From contig CAVSPC010000054.1 in the NCBI GenBank assembly GCA_963729795.1, positions 1 through 64,000 of the forward strand: a stretch of DNA of 64,000 bases, in the 5' to 3' direction. The notes below the pieces were generated by a model that was not told the origin of the DNA, made no database searches, and saw only the letters and a list, made by a program, of their open reading frames with translations. The position numbers and the translations under genes are program-made. Position 1 is the stretch's first letter, and the number at the start of each line of letters is the position of its first letter. Source of the stretch: an uncultured delta proteobacterium. Lineage in GTDB: Bacteria; Desulfobacterota; Desulfomonilia; Desulfomonilales; Desulfomonilaceae. Shown here piece after piece: positions 1-9,069 of this stretch.

Positions 1-604
1 CGGCCACAAGATACAAAAGTCGCGATTGGTCGTTCAGTCCGCATAATTCGACTGCCTCTTCATCGTAGAATGCTCCGACTCCGCAGCATCCCAATCGCAT
101 GGATGTAGCCGCCAAGTAGATGCGTTGCCCGAGACGGCCCGCGGACAACATTGCATGGCGGTAGCCCCGCAGGCCACGACTCTCTTCGAGAAGCTTCAAG
201 TTACTGAAGAACAAAAAATGAATTGCACAATTAGCCAGCCAGGCCTGATCCAGGGCGACATGCGCCATACGATCCATCATATCACCTCGGCATACCGAGC
301 CTATCGACTCATGCCGGCGGTCCAGCAAATAGAAGCCTGGGTCGAATCCCTCAGCTTTTCCGACAAGGAGCCCTACAGAAACCGCATCGCCACCAGTCGG
401 CCGAGAGTCGACCTTGGCTCCTGTTTCATAACAGAGACTTTTCAAAAGAGCTGCCACGCAATCCACGGTCAATTCTTCCCGCACAAAGTTCCGCATGGAC
501 CGTCTCTTGAGAACCGCCTCAGAATAGTTCATCAGCTCCGGCGATTTCTCCGCGTGGCTAATTTTGCCACTTTCTTTAACGATTGGCCCCAGGTTGTGCA
601 ACAT
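1..604 (-). CDS. SagB-type dehydrogenase / nitroreductase-family protein, C-terminal part runs off the window start. The start codon is tentative.
   Basis: Manual minus-strand translation gives ...AVLKRRSMRNFVREELTV...PGFYLLDRR...HAMLSAGRLGQRIYLAATSMRLGCCGVGAFYDEEAVELCGLNDQSRLLYLVA. It has the nitroreductase RRSxRxF motif and the C-terminal G-x-GAF signature. An ATG at 602-604 is preceded by GGGAAGGG. The frame is not in the ORF track because it has no stop inside the window. Confidence 0.5.
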   Translation of the reverse strand, partial: MLHNLGPIVKESGKISHAEKSPELMNYSEAVLKRRSMRNFVREELTVDCVAALLKSLCYETGAKVDSRPTGGDAVSVGLLVGKAEGFDPGFYLLDRRHESIGSVCRGDMMDRMAHVALDQAWLANCAIHFLFFSNLKLLEESRGLRGYRHAMLSAGRLGQRIYLAATSMRLGCCGVGAFYDEEAVELCGLNDQSRLLYLVA

Positions 605-725
605 TCGCGGCCCTTCCCGTGGAGCTTCGATCACGTGAGAAGTAGCTGAATGAATTTCTTGAATAAAAGGATAGTGGGCCTCCCTTGCCGCAACACGGCT
701 CGCATCCGCCAGGTCGATTTCAGGC

Positions 726-1460
726 TCAGCGAGGTCCACCGACGTCGCTGGGGCCACTGGTCTCGTTCCATGCGCAGACCACGGCCAGGCAAGCCTCACG
801 CGTCGGGTCCACTCCTAACAGGCTGTTAACGGATTCATCCGCAAAGTCGTAATGAACCTCAAACGGGACAGACGCGGCTGTGAGAGCTAAGGCTAGGTTT
901 TCCGCCAAATGGCCGGTGTCGAGCAGATGATACCGATAGGCACGATCGCGATACTTCCAGGAGCTTCTGTAGAATATGGAAGTAAGGAAAAAGACCAGGC
1001 CGGGGGGCGTGTCCCGCCGGGTTTTCACCGCGCCGTCCAGAGCGAGGTTGACGTTGCCTTCTCGCAATAGGGTCAGACCTTGACTGGCAACGCTGTGGTG
1101 GTAAAGCCCGCTATTTAGGCCTGGGATGTTCGACAAGCCCACGTACAGCTCGAACGGGTAAAGTGCCCCCGCAGAAGCCACGCTGCGATAGAAGAAATCG
1201 ACACCGCCATATCGTGCCTTTGCAGTCAAAGAGTGCGTAAGGCGAAGTATAAGCGCCAGGCAATTGTGGTCGATCTCAGGGGGCGTCAAATGGGCGACGT
1301 CTCGTTTCAGGAGTGCGAACAAATTATCTGCCGGCCGGGGAGTTGGCTCGCGGCAGAGAAATCGTTTCCAAGCCTGAATAAGTCTTGAAAACATCCGGCT
1401 GAGTGCCCCAATCCAGTCCTTGGCCCGACATGCCATGTCGCCGGTATGCGGTTTGGTCAT
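726..1460 (-). CDS. SagB/ThcOx-type dehydrogenase (nitroreductase superfamily)
   Basis: 244-aa ORF with the GALYPFELYV motif and the C-terminal HLLDTGHLAENLALALTAASVPFEVHYDFADESVNSLLGVD motif typical of SagB-type FMN dehydrogenases. It lies in tandem with a second such domain gene downstream. Confidence 0.6.
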   Translation of the reverse strand: MTKPHTGDMACRAKDWIGALSRMFSRLIQAWKRFLCREPTPRPADNLFALLKRDVAHLTPPEIDHNCLALILRLTHSLTAKARYGGVDFFYRSVASAGALYPFELYVGLSNIPGLNSGLYHHSVASQGLTLLREGNVNLALDGAVKTRRDTPPGLVFFLTSIFYRSSWKYRDRAYRYHLLDTGHLAENLALALTAASVPFEVHYDFADESVNSLLGVDPTREACLAVVCAWNETSGPSDVGGPR

Positions 1461-1531
1461 GATATTCCAGGATGGATTTAGTCACTTAAGCCCTCCGTCA
1501 ATGCACAGGTAGGCTTCGCAATCCGCCGGAT

Positions 1532-2041
1532 TCATCCTCCCCAGGGCATCAGAGCATAGATATCAGAGAGTCTGTCGCGGAATTCTCGGAAGAACTTCTC
1601 ATGCTCCTTCTCCCAATTTGAGAGCATCGTAAGAGCTTGTTTTGCCTTCCCCTCCGTTAGGTCGGCCATTGCCGCGTAGTACTCGCTCAAGTCCTTCTCG
1701 ATAAGCCAGGCCGTGTTGAAAACGGTTACATCGGGCACCATGGAACCCTCAATACACCTCTCGAGGAACTCCGACCGAGCCCGATCGTCGAAATAGTCCG
1801 TGGGCTCTATAACAAGGTCTTTCATATTCGAGAGCTGAAGTTCTTGATCTTCTTTAAGGTCGTTGATAATCCTGGTTATGAATGCGATATGCATTTGCTC
1901 TTCTTGAATTAAGGTCTTGAACGCAGTAACGGCCGCGCCCATCCCCAAACGCTCCAGCGAATGTTGAAAAAAACTCAGGCCGGTCTTTTCCTGGTTAAGT
2001 GCGTACTCAAAGATCTTAATCACTTTCTCGTTTGCGGGCAT
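1532..2041 (-). CDS. Rubrerythrin / ferritin-like diiron protein
   Basis: 169 aa with two E-x-x-H motifs (EEQMHIAF, EKEHEKFF). There is a strong AGGAGA RBS 5 nt upstream of the ATG. Confidence 0.6.
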   Translation of the reverse strand: MPANEKVIKIFEYALNQEKTGLSFFQHSLERLGMGAAVTAFKTLIQEEQMHIAFITRIINDLKEDQELQLSNMKDLVIEPTDYFDDRARSEFLERCIEGSMVPDVTVFNTAWLIEKDLSEYYAAMADLTEGKAKQALTMLSNWEKEHEKFFREFRDRLSDIYALMPWGG

Positions 2042-2080
2042 ACGTTTCTCCTATTTGCCTTAGTTATGAGGCTGCGCCGA

Positions 2081-3601
2081 TCACTCACTCTTTTTCTGCT
2101 CTTGCGATGCCAAAAGCGGCTCGTCGGTCGATCCTTCGTTCCTTAATGCGATTTTACCCAGGAATTCCGGCAACTCCAAGCCGGCCATCCTAGCCAAATC
2201 ATGCATAGGAGGAAGTGTCCCCATTATGCGCTGCCCCAAGTTTGACATGCCGCCATCCCCGCCGCCATCCCAAACGATGATTTTTTCTATCGGCAGGTTC
2301 TTCACTGCTTCAGTTTGGATGCGGGCCACGTCCACCAACTTCTCGATGAGTAGGAACGCTGCCGTAAGGCTGGGTTCCTGCGCGCATGCCGCGACCAGCG
2401 ATTTGTAACCCCCGGCTTTCCCATCAAGAATGGCCTGCTGCCCCTTGGCTTCGGCCTGCATCCTGACCGTCACCGCTTCCGCCTCACCCTGGGCTACCAG
2501 TATTTTCTGCTGTCGCTCCGCTTCAGCTTCTACTACCGCTTTTTGTTTGGCAGCCTCCGCGGGTACGACTACCTCGGCATTGAGCCGCGCCTGTTCCCGT
2601 TTAGCACGAGCTTCCTCGGCCGATTTTTGGGCTTCTTCCTGGGCTACTCGTATGGCACCGTCTGCCTTCATTGCGGCCGATTGGGCTTTGCTTCTCGCTT
2701 CTTCTTCAGCCACTTTCTGGCCCGCGTGGTAGCCCGCCTTATTAGCATTTGCCGTAGTTTCGGTTTCAACAGCCTGGGCGTCGAGCAATGAGGTCTGCTG
2801 TCTGCGGTCTCGCTCAGCCTGTGCCTCCCCTACGGCGGCCAACGCATTGGCTGCCGCGACTGCTTTGCGACGGTTGGATTCTGCCTCTGCTTCTCCTACA
2901 GCCGCTTCCGCAGCCGCTGCCGCTACAGAGCGACGCTGATCTCGGTCTCGTTCGGCAACTCCGATTTTTCCGATCTTATCCTGTTCAGCTACGTCGATCA
3001 TGGCCTGATTGATGGCCTCAGCAGCGGCCTTGCGTCCCAGGGCCTTTATGTACCCGCTTTCGTCCTCAACATCCTTGATGTTGACATTTATGACGGCAAG
3101 ACCAATTTTTTCGATTTCTATGGCCACGGCCTCGTTCACCTTGGCCATAAATGAGATCCGGTCCCGGTTGATCTCTTCAATTCGCATGGTTGCCATAACC
3201 GCGCGCATCTGGCCGAGGATAATGTCCTGAGCCAGCCTCTGAACTTCCTCTCTGCTACGGCCCAAAAGGCGGATCGCGGCGTTTTGCATCAGCCCTTCTT
3301 CGGTACTTATCGCGGCGGTGACCGTAGTGGGCACGGTCACGCGAATGTTCTCATGAGACAGGGCGCTGGTTAGCTCCAAAGTGATGTCGAAGGGATCCAG
3401 ATCGAGCCAATCGAAAGACTGGAGGACAGGCCAGACGAAAGCTGCTCCTCCGTGTACGCATTTGGCGACGCCCTGTCCGGTCTTTCCATAGATCACCAGG
3501 ATTTTGTTTGACGGGCAACGCTTGAAGCGACTCATGAACATCTGAAGAATCGCAGCCACAAAGATGGCGAGAATTATCGTTAAGACGATCGCTGTTTCCA
3601 T
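2081..3601 (-). CDS. Flotillin-family SPFH-domain protein (YqiK-like)
   Basis: 506 aa with an N-terminal TM helix, an SPFH domain, and a long Ala/Glu/Gln-rich coiled coil with a conserved C-terminus. AAGGAGA RBS. Confidence 0.85.
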   Translation of the reverse strand: METAIVLTIILAIFVAAILQMFMSRFKRCPSNKILVIYGKTGQGVAKCVHGGAAFVWPVLQSFDWLDLDPFDITLELTSALSHENIRVTVPTTVTAAISTEEGLMQNAAIRLLGRSREEVQRLAQDIILGQMRAVMATMRIEEINRDRISFMAKVNEAVAIEIEKIGLAVINVNIKDVEDESGYIKALGRKAAAEAINQAMIDVAEQDKIGKIGVAERDRDQRRSVAAAAAEAAVGEAEAESNRRKAVAAANALAAVGEAQAERDRRQQTSLLDAQAVETETTANANKAGYHAGQKVAEEEARSKAQSAAMKADGAIRVAQEEAQKSAEEARAKREQARLNAEVVVPAEAAKQKAVVEAEAERQQKILVAQGEAEAVTVRMQAEAKGQQAILDGKAGGYKSLVAACAQEPSLTAAFLLIEKLVDVARIQTEAVKNLPIEKIIVWDGGGDGGMSNLGQRIMGTLPPMHDLARMAGLELPEFLGKIALRNEGSTDEPLLASQEQKKSE

Positions 3602-3622
3602 ACAAATCTCCTTTTCGATTCT

Positions 3623-4276
3623 CTACTCTATGGGCTCGACCTCGATGACACTTTGGTCGGAGATCCCTATGACCCGCACTTTGGTTCCACGACTCACTGG
3701 TTCCCTTGTCTTGGAACGCGCTTTGACGTAGCTAATCACCCCACTGACCTTGATCCGGACTTGGCCGGTCCCATTCGAGGGGATACCAATGTACACCGTG
3801 CCCTCTTCAAACAGTGCAGTTTCAAGATCAATATTGCCGATTTCTTCCAAATTGAGCAGCCGGTACATCAGATAAGAGACAACTAACATCCCGAGCAGTC
3901 CCCACACCACGCTGAAACCTATCGCCCAGGCAGGATGGGTGCCTCCCATCAAATAAAGGGCCCCCGACCAACAGAATAGCGTGCCGAAGGCCATCAACGA
4001 GCGGATGGAGACGAAGGTGAATGCAGATTCCTCGGCGTCGTGGGCTCCATGAGGATGAGCTGCGTGCGAATGGCCCGCGCCGCCCGAAGATGAGCCTAAG
4101 TGGTGCGTGGACAAGTCTGCGTGGTGCATGCCTCCCACATGATCCAGGTGCCCGTGGATGTGCCCCACGCCGAATAACATGGCTATCAGTTGACCGGATG
4201 AGACTACCGAGAAAAAAACCGCTCCAAGCAAGAAGACTTGAGTCAACGTTGAAAGTCCTTGCCACCAGGCTTCCAT
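3623..4276 (-). CDS. NfeD-like membrane protein (YqiJ-like partner of flotillin) with a His-rich loop
   Basis: 217 aa with N-terminal TM helices, a C-terminal OB-fold-like beta segment (VRIKVSG...VRVIGISDQSVIEVEPI), and a His-rich insertion (HIHGHLDHVGGMHHADLSTHHLG...HSHAAHPHGAHD). It sits immediately upstream of the flotillin gene, as in yqiJK. Confidence 0.65.
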   Translation of the reverse strand: MEAWWQGLSTLTQVFLLGAVFFSVVSSGQLIAMLFGVGHIHGHLDHVGGMHHADLSTHHLGSSSGGAGHSHAAHPHGAHDAEESAFTFVSIRSLMAFGTLFCWSGALYLMGGTHPAWAIGFSVVWGLLGMLVVSYLMYRLLNLEEIGNIDLETALFEEGTVYIGIPSNGTGQVRIKVSGVISYVKARSKTREPVSRGTKVRVIGISDQSVIEVEPIE

Positions 4277-4427
4277 TTTTCTTGACCTTCCGTGGTAGGA
4301 CCGATCTCGCGGGGCGCGGGACCGGTTAATGAGCCGTGCTTAGCGCGGGCATTCTGTTGAATGGTCCGTTTGTCTTCAGGTGCAAGGTATTGCCATGACC
4401 TCTGACAAATGGATCATTCCCGCTTAG

Positions 4428-5702
4428 TCAGTGCTTCCGATCTTCCAGTAACGCAACCCTCTCCGGCAGAGGTGGATGAGAATAATAGAACCATACATAA
4501 AACGGATGAGGTGTCAAATTAGAAAGATTGTGTGCGCCTATTCTCTTGAGAGCTGTGGCAAGACTCTGAGGATTCTTTTGCAGATTTGCCGCGAAAGCGT
4601 CTGCTTGCGTCTCGAAGCGTCTGGATGCGGCCGCATAAAAAGGCTTCATAAAGAAACCGATTTTGAGCCAGAATATGCCGATAATGAACAGTGCGATATA
4701 CGATTGGGCGTAGTGGAGGCCGAAAGTCGAATACAGCAGATCCCATCCGAGCATAAGATGAGTGACGTAGAGGCCCACAAGCGTGGTCAACAGACCGGCC
4801 GCGTAAAACCGCCAGATGTGCTTGAGCTTGTAGTGCCCCAGTTCGTGTGCCAGCACCGCAAGGATCTCGTCTCGAGTGTGGCGTTCTAGAAGTGTATCAA
4901 AGAGCACTATACGTTTGGCTTTGCCAAAGCCGGTGAAATAGGCGTTTGAGTGGGTGCTTCTCCGACCCGCATCCATTTTGAATATACCGCCCGACCTCAT
5001 TCCCACATCCTGCACCAGCTTTTCCACCGCAGCAACAAGGTCTCTGTCTTCCAGCGGTTCGAACTTGTTGAATAGCGGGGCTATAAGCACCGGATAGACC
5101 ACCACAACAATAAATTGGATCGCGGCGACAATAATGAAGCCCCACAACCACCAATAGTTTGGCGACACATGAATTGTCCACAATAGCGGCGCCATAACCC
5201 CCACAAGAAAGACCACCGATAACAATTCTCCTTTAAGGTTGTCGGCAACCCATGTCATCGTGTCTGATTTGTTAAAACCATATTTTTCTTCGATCACAAA
5301 AGTGTTGTAATAGTCGAAAGGCAGGCCCAGCACGAAAAACAGCACGCCCACGGATATGAAGAAAACCAGTCCGGCCCAGATATAATGAACTTCTCGATTG
5401 AGGGAATAACTGTCCGCAATAGGAAGTAAGCCGGCCAGGACGATCCCAAGAAGGGTGAAGTCGACCGTAATCTTTCGGATTTCGACAAGTCGACTTTTGT
5501 CTATGGAATAGGCATTAATGCGCGCGAGCGTGTCTGCATCAACAAATTCTTTGAACGGTGCGGGCACTTCGTTACCCGATTGCTGGAGATGGTTACGATT
5601 CAGCCGTTCCAACCATAACGAAAAGAGAAACTGGAAGAGATAAGCCGCTACGAAGATCAGAGATAGAGTGTTGAATTTCATTTTTTCCGGCAATCGCGTC
5701 AA
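4428..5702 (-). CDS. M48-family Zn metalloprotease (Ste24/HtpX-like). The start is either TTG at 5702 or ATG at 5681.
   Basis: HELGHYKLKH zincin motif and multiple TM helices. Confidence 0.8.
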   Translation of the reverse strand: MTRLPEKMKFNTLSLIFVAAYLFQFLFSLWLERLNRNHLQQSGNEVPAPFKEFVDADTLARINAYSIDKSRLVEIRKITVDFTLLGIVLAGLLPIADSYSLNREVHYIWAGLVFFISVGVLFFVLGLPFDYYNTFVIEEKYGFNKSDTMTWVADNLKGELLSVVFLVGVMAPLLWTIHVSPNYWWLWGFIIVAAIQFIVVVVYPVLIAPLFNKFEPLEDRDLVAAVEKLVQDVGMRSGGIFKMDAGRRSTHSNAYFTGFGKAKRIVLFDTLLERHTRDEILAVLAHELGHYKLKHIWRFYAAGLLTTLVGLYVTHLMLGWDLLYSTFGLHYAQSYIALFIIGIFWLKIGFFMKPFYAAASRRFETQADAFAANLQKNPQSLATALKRIGAHNLSNLTPHPFYVWFYYSHPPLPERVALLEDRKH

Positions 5703-5759
5703 ATGGGTTGTAGATCTCCTCGTGTCAGCAGAGGGTCCACAGTTTTAGAACGTCTCCGT

Positions 5760-7181
5760 TCATTTGAACGGGGGTACGTACGGAAGCCACATTGCAAAGA
5801 GCCAACAAAGGAAGAAAATGATCGGAATATGAAAAAGCAATTGCAGCACCGAGTATCCCACAAGGTCGCGGGCTTTTATATGGAGGATGCCAAGCAACGG
5901 GAGCATCCAGAAGGGATTGAGCAGATTTGGCAGGGCTTCGGCTGCATTGTATATCTGCACGACCCATCCGAGGTGCACTTTCAATTCGTTTGCGGCTGTA
6001 AGGACATAGGTTGCCTCAATGACCCACTTGCTGCCGCCGGAAGGAATAAACACCCCGAGCACGGAGGAATAGAATGCCACAAGCAACGGATACGTGTGCT
6101 GGGTAGTAACCGAGACGAAGATGTGAGCCAGCCACTTGTTGATTCCCGTGCCGGCAATCATGCCAAAAATGACCGCGTAAAACGGAAACTGAATAAGAAC
6201 TCCTCCCGTGGCCGGTACGGACTGGGCCACAGCTCGAAGAAACCGTTTGGGCCTCCAGTGCAGAAGAAGGCCAACGGAAATGAAGATCAGGTTATACGTG
6301 TTCAGGTCCAGTGCTGCGAGAGGCCCCTTGGCCGATGTCACGAAGTCACTTACCAAGTACACAAATAACAGCAAGGACACGAGGATGGTTAACAAAGGAC
6401 TGTATTCGAGCCATTCGCCAGGTTTAGTTCTCGGCTCAAGCTCTACGTTGATCGGTTCAAAGACCAGTCCGTAGTCCTTCACGGTTTTTGCATGCTCAGG
6501 GTTCGGCGCGGACCAATAGGCTACTATTACGGACACAATTACCAGTATGGCTGCTGTCGCTATACTCTGCGATAAGAAGATGGTTTGGGACAGTGGGATC
6601 AACCCGCTGATGTTGTAGAGCGCGGGCGGTATTGATCCCTTGGTAGCCATCATCAGAGCGGCTGACGAGGACAAACCTAGGGCCCAGATACTGCCCAGCC
6701 CGAGATATGCGGATGCACCGATGGCACGATAGTCGATCCCGTCCATGCGTCTGACGATTTCGCGAACCAATAGGCCGCTGAAAATAAGGCTGAAGCCCCA
6801 TGAGATTAGCGAAGTTAACATAGAGAAAAAAGCCACAAAGGCAACTGCACCTCTCGGGGTCGACGGAACTGCGGCGAGACGCTGAATCAACCAATAGACC
6901 GCGGGCGTGGAGGCCAACACGTATCCGCCGATAATAATCATGGCCATTTGCATGGTGAAGGGGATAAGGACCCAAAACTCCTTTCCCCCCTCGATGGCCA
7001 ACGTATAAGGTTTTTCGCCGATCAAAAGGCCCACGACGAAAACAATCACAATGCCAAGGAGCGCAAACACGAGAGCATCAGGAAACCAGCGTTCGCTCCA
7101 ATTGGCCAAGCCTAACCCAAGACGTGCAAGGGTGCCCTCGGCCAATGTTTCCGTCTTCGTTGCAGTTTTTTCCTCGACCAT
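5760..7181 (-). CDS. atoE: Short-chain fatty acid transporter AtoE family
   Basis: Blocks align with E. coli AtoE: RWFPDALVFALLG, TMQMAMIIIGGYVLAS and IQFPFYAVIF. I trimmed the start from the track ORF (7316) to the internal ATG at 7181, which has a perfect GGAAAGGAGG Shine-Dalgarno 6 nt upstream. Confidence 0.8.
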   Translation of the reverse strand: MVEEKTATKTETLAEGTLARLGLGLANWSERWFPDALVFALLGIVIVFVVGLLIGEKPYTLAIEGGKEFWVLIPFTMQMAMIIIGGYVLASTPAVYWLIQRLAAVPSTPRGAVAFVAFFSMLTSLISWGFSLIFSGLLVREIVRRMDGIDYRAIGASAYLGLGSIWALGLSSSAALMMATKGSIPPALYNISGLIPLSQTIFLSQSIATAAILVIVSVIVAYWSAPNPEHAKTVKDYGLVFEPINVELEPRTKPGEWLEYSPLLTILVSLLLFVYLVSDFVTSAKGPLAALDLNTYNLIFISVGLLLHWRPKRFLRAVAQSVPATGGVLIQFPFYAVIFGMIAGTGINKWLAHIFVSVTTQHTYPLLVAFYSSVLGVFIPSGGSKWVIEATYVLTAANELKVHLGWVVQIYNAAEALPNLLNPFWMLPLLGILHIKARDLVGYSVLQLLFHIPIIFFLCWLFAMWLPYVPPFK

Positions 7182-7508
7182 CGCGATCCTCCTTTCCACA
7201 AATTGTGACATACCCAAAACAAGAGAACGAAGGAACCATGTGATTGTTGAGCGCGGCACCTGCGAGTCGTTGTGCCTCCAGGTCTTTCCCGCAGGGTCAG
7301 GTGTCCAGATTACCATATTGGTTGCAGGCGGGGGTGTCCCCCAATTTCCGAGACTCAGCAGCAGGATTTTACCTTGTCTCCGGCATTATCGTCACATGTC
7401 TTGGTCCTTTTATTCAAGACAAAAGTTGAGCTTATCTGAGAATACGAAACTACGACTTTTTTCCCACTGGCGGCTGCTTTGTGCTAGTATCACGCTCCTC
7501 AATCCTGA

Positions 7509-8573
7509 TTGAGAGGTGTTGTTTTGAAGCAGCTATTTCGTTTCATCGGAAAGGTGGTCAAGTGCCTAATAGTTGCCGTCATTTGCGTGGAGGTTTTGAG
7601 CTTTTTGGCCATTACCGCCAGCAATTACATTCTTTACGGCCGCGCTCGCGAAGGGGGCCGCGCGGTTTACGATCCCTATACGCTTTTTTTGCAGAAGGAA
7701 GGAGTTCGTCCGACCGCGAACAATTCTCGATCAAAAGACAAAGGAAAGAATAAAGTACTTTGGCTTCTGGGCGGTTCGACCATGCGGGGGGCCACTCCAC
7801 GAGATGACACAACGATTCCAAGCTTTCTGTCCGGTTTTCTCAACTCAAATCAACAGGATTTGCATTTCACTGTAATTAATTTCGGCGTAGACTCCTTCAA
7901 TTCTCTATTGGAAACCAAGTACCTCCAAAAACTACTCATAGAGAGCTCTGAGCGGCCGGATTTCATAATCTTTTACGATGGGGCTAACGACGCCAAGTAC
8001 TTCCTGGAACATCGAGACCCGTACGCTCATCATGGCTACCGGAGGGTTAGGGCACTCATCGAAAGCTACTACAGAAGGTGGTTAGGACTGCTGAAACCGC
8101 TAAATGCAGCTATATATGCCTCGTTTACGAAAGAGCTTTATGATAAGATCCACCAGGTGTGGATTCCTCTGGACCCTAACTCCCCCGCGCTAAAGAAACT
8201 TGTTGTAGGGGTAGAACAGAGATACGATCATGTCAACAAAATCGCACACTGTTATGGCGCCGAGTTTAGGGTCATCTGGCAGCCGATCGTTTGGGTCGAG
8301 GACTGCCAAGTGTCCGCGGAGATACATGACAGCGAGAAAGATTTCTTCGTGGATACGGAAAAGCTGGCCACAATGCGCCGAAACTTCGTCATCCCCTATT
8401 TGGCTTGCGTGAAACGTCTCAATCGGAAACCTTACTTCGTTGATTTCCGCAAAGTATTGTGCGGCCGAAAAGAAGCCGCGTACCAGCCTGATGGAGTCCA
8501 TCTCACCGATGCGGGCCGAAAAATGGTCGCGGAACAGATGTATCGGCTCCTAAACGGGTTGATCTTGAAATAG
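7509..8573 (+). CDS. Membrane-anchored hypothetical protein, possibly an SGNH/GDSL-like hydrolase
   Basis: 354 aa with an N-terminal TM segment and a GDS-like block LWLLGGSTMRG followed by DGAND. The start codon is TTG at 7509 or 7524, and GAGAGGTG sits upstream. Confidence 0.45.
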   Translation: MRGVVLKQLFRFIGKVVKCLIVAVICVEVLSFLAITASNYILYGRAREGGRAVYDPYTLFLQKEGVRPTANNSRSKDKGKNKVLWLLGGSTMRGATPRDDTTIPSFLSGFLNSNQQDLHFTVINFGVDSFNSLLETKYLQKLLIESSERPDFIIFYDGANDAKYFLEHRDPYAHHGYRRVRALIESYYRRWLGLLKPLNAAIYASFTKELYDKIHQVWIPLDPNSPALKKLVVGVEQRYDHVNKIAHCYGAEFRVIWQPIVWVEDCQVSAEIHDSEKDFFVDTEKLATMRRNFVIPYLACVKRLNRKPYFVDFRKVLCGRKEAAYQPDGVHLTDAGRKMVAEQMYRLLNGLILK

Positions 8574-8892
8574 GGGTGCTGGGCTGCAGACGCCAAATTA
8601 GAACTGGTTACTCGTTGTGAGCGCCTTAAGTGGTTCTATAGACCTCAAAGCCCCCATAAAGGGGGAATTAGGGTAATTTTCGAGGAGTTATACAAGAATC
8701 CCAGTGAGCCCCCTTTAAGAAAGGGGGAAAATCCACGGTTCGCGGACCTATCTCGATGTTTATAAGGTCACGGGCTTGTTTTCGGCGGAGACATGGTCAT
8801 TACGGGTAGCCAGCCGGGCTGGAATTTCCGGGTAAATCGTGTACTATTGAAGGAGACCATAAGGAAGACTGTTGTGGACTGCATAGAAAACT

Positions 8893-8912
8893 GGGCACGG
8901 CATGCCGTGCCC
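8893..8912. promoter_or_regulatory. Perfect 20-bp palindrome GGGCACGGCATGCCGTGCCC about 160 bp upstream of the permease gene
   Basis: Read directly. The exact reverse-complement symmetry suggests a dimeric regulator site. Confidence 0.3.
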
Positions 8913-9069
8913 CTACATGACTACATGGCATGCGCACGCCTGCACCGAGGTGTAGAGGCAAAGCATGCTACGTCCGCTCCCAATTTGGGGCACGGAGCGA
9001 ATATCGTTGCAGCCCACTACGTTTAGGCTGCAGGCACAGGAGCTTCACGGGTTGAAATTCGATGATCTC

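Noticed and set aside
125-649. 174-aa plus-strand ORF at the window start
   Set aside because: It has an implausible composition and lies antisense to a clear nitroreductase-domain reading frame that runs off the window edge.
2226-3230. A series of Ala/Ser/Pro-rich plus-strand ORFs
   Set aside because: They are antisense artefacts of the GC(N)-rich flotillin coiled-coil region.
5703-6368. 221-aa plus-strand ORF
   Set aside because: It lies fully antisense to the well-supported atoE gene and has no motif.
7317-7508. Possible sigma-54 promoter TGGCGG-N5-TTGTG between atoE and the hydrolase gene
   Set aside because: It fits the GG-N10-GC consensus poorly. An ordinary sigma-70-like TAGTAT -10 element is present nearby.
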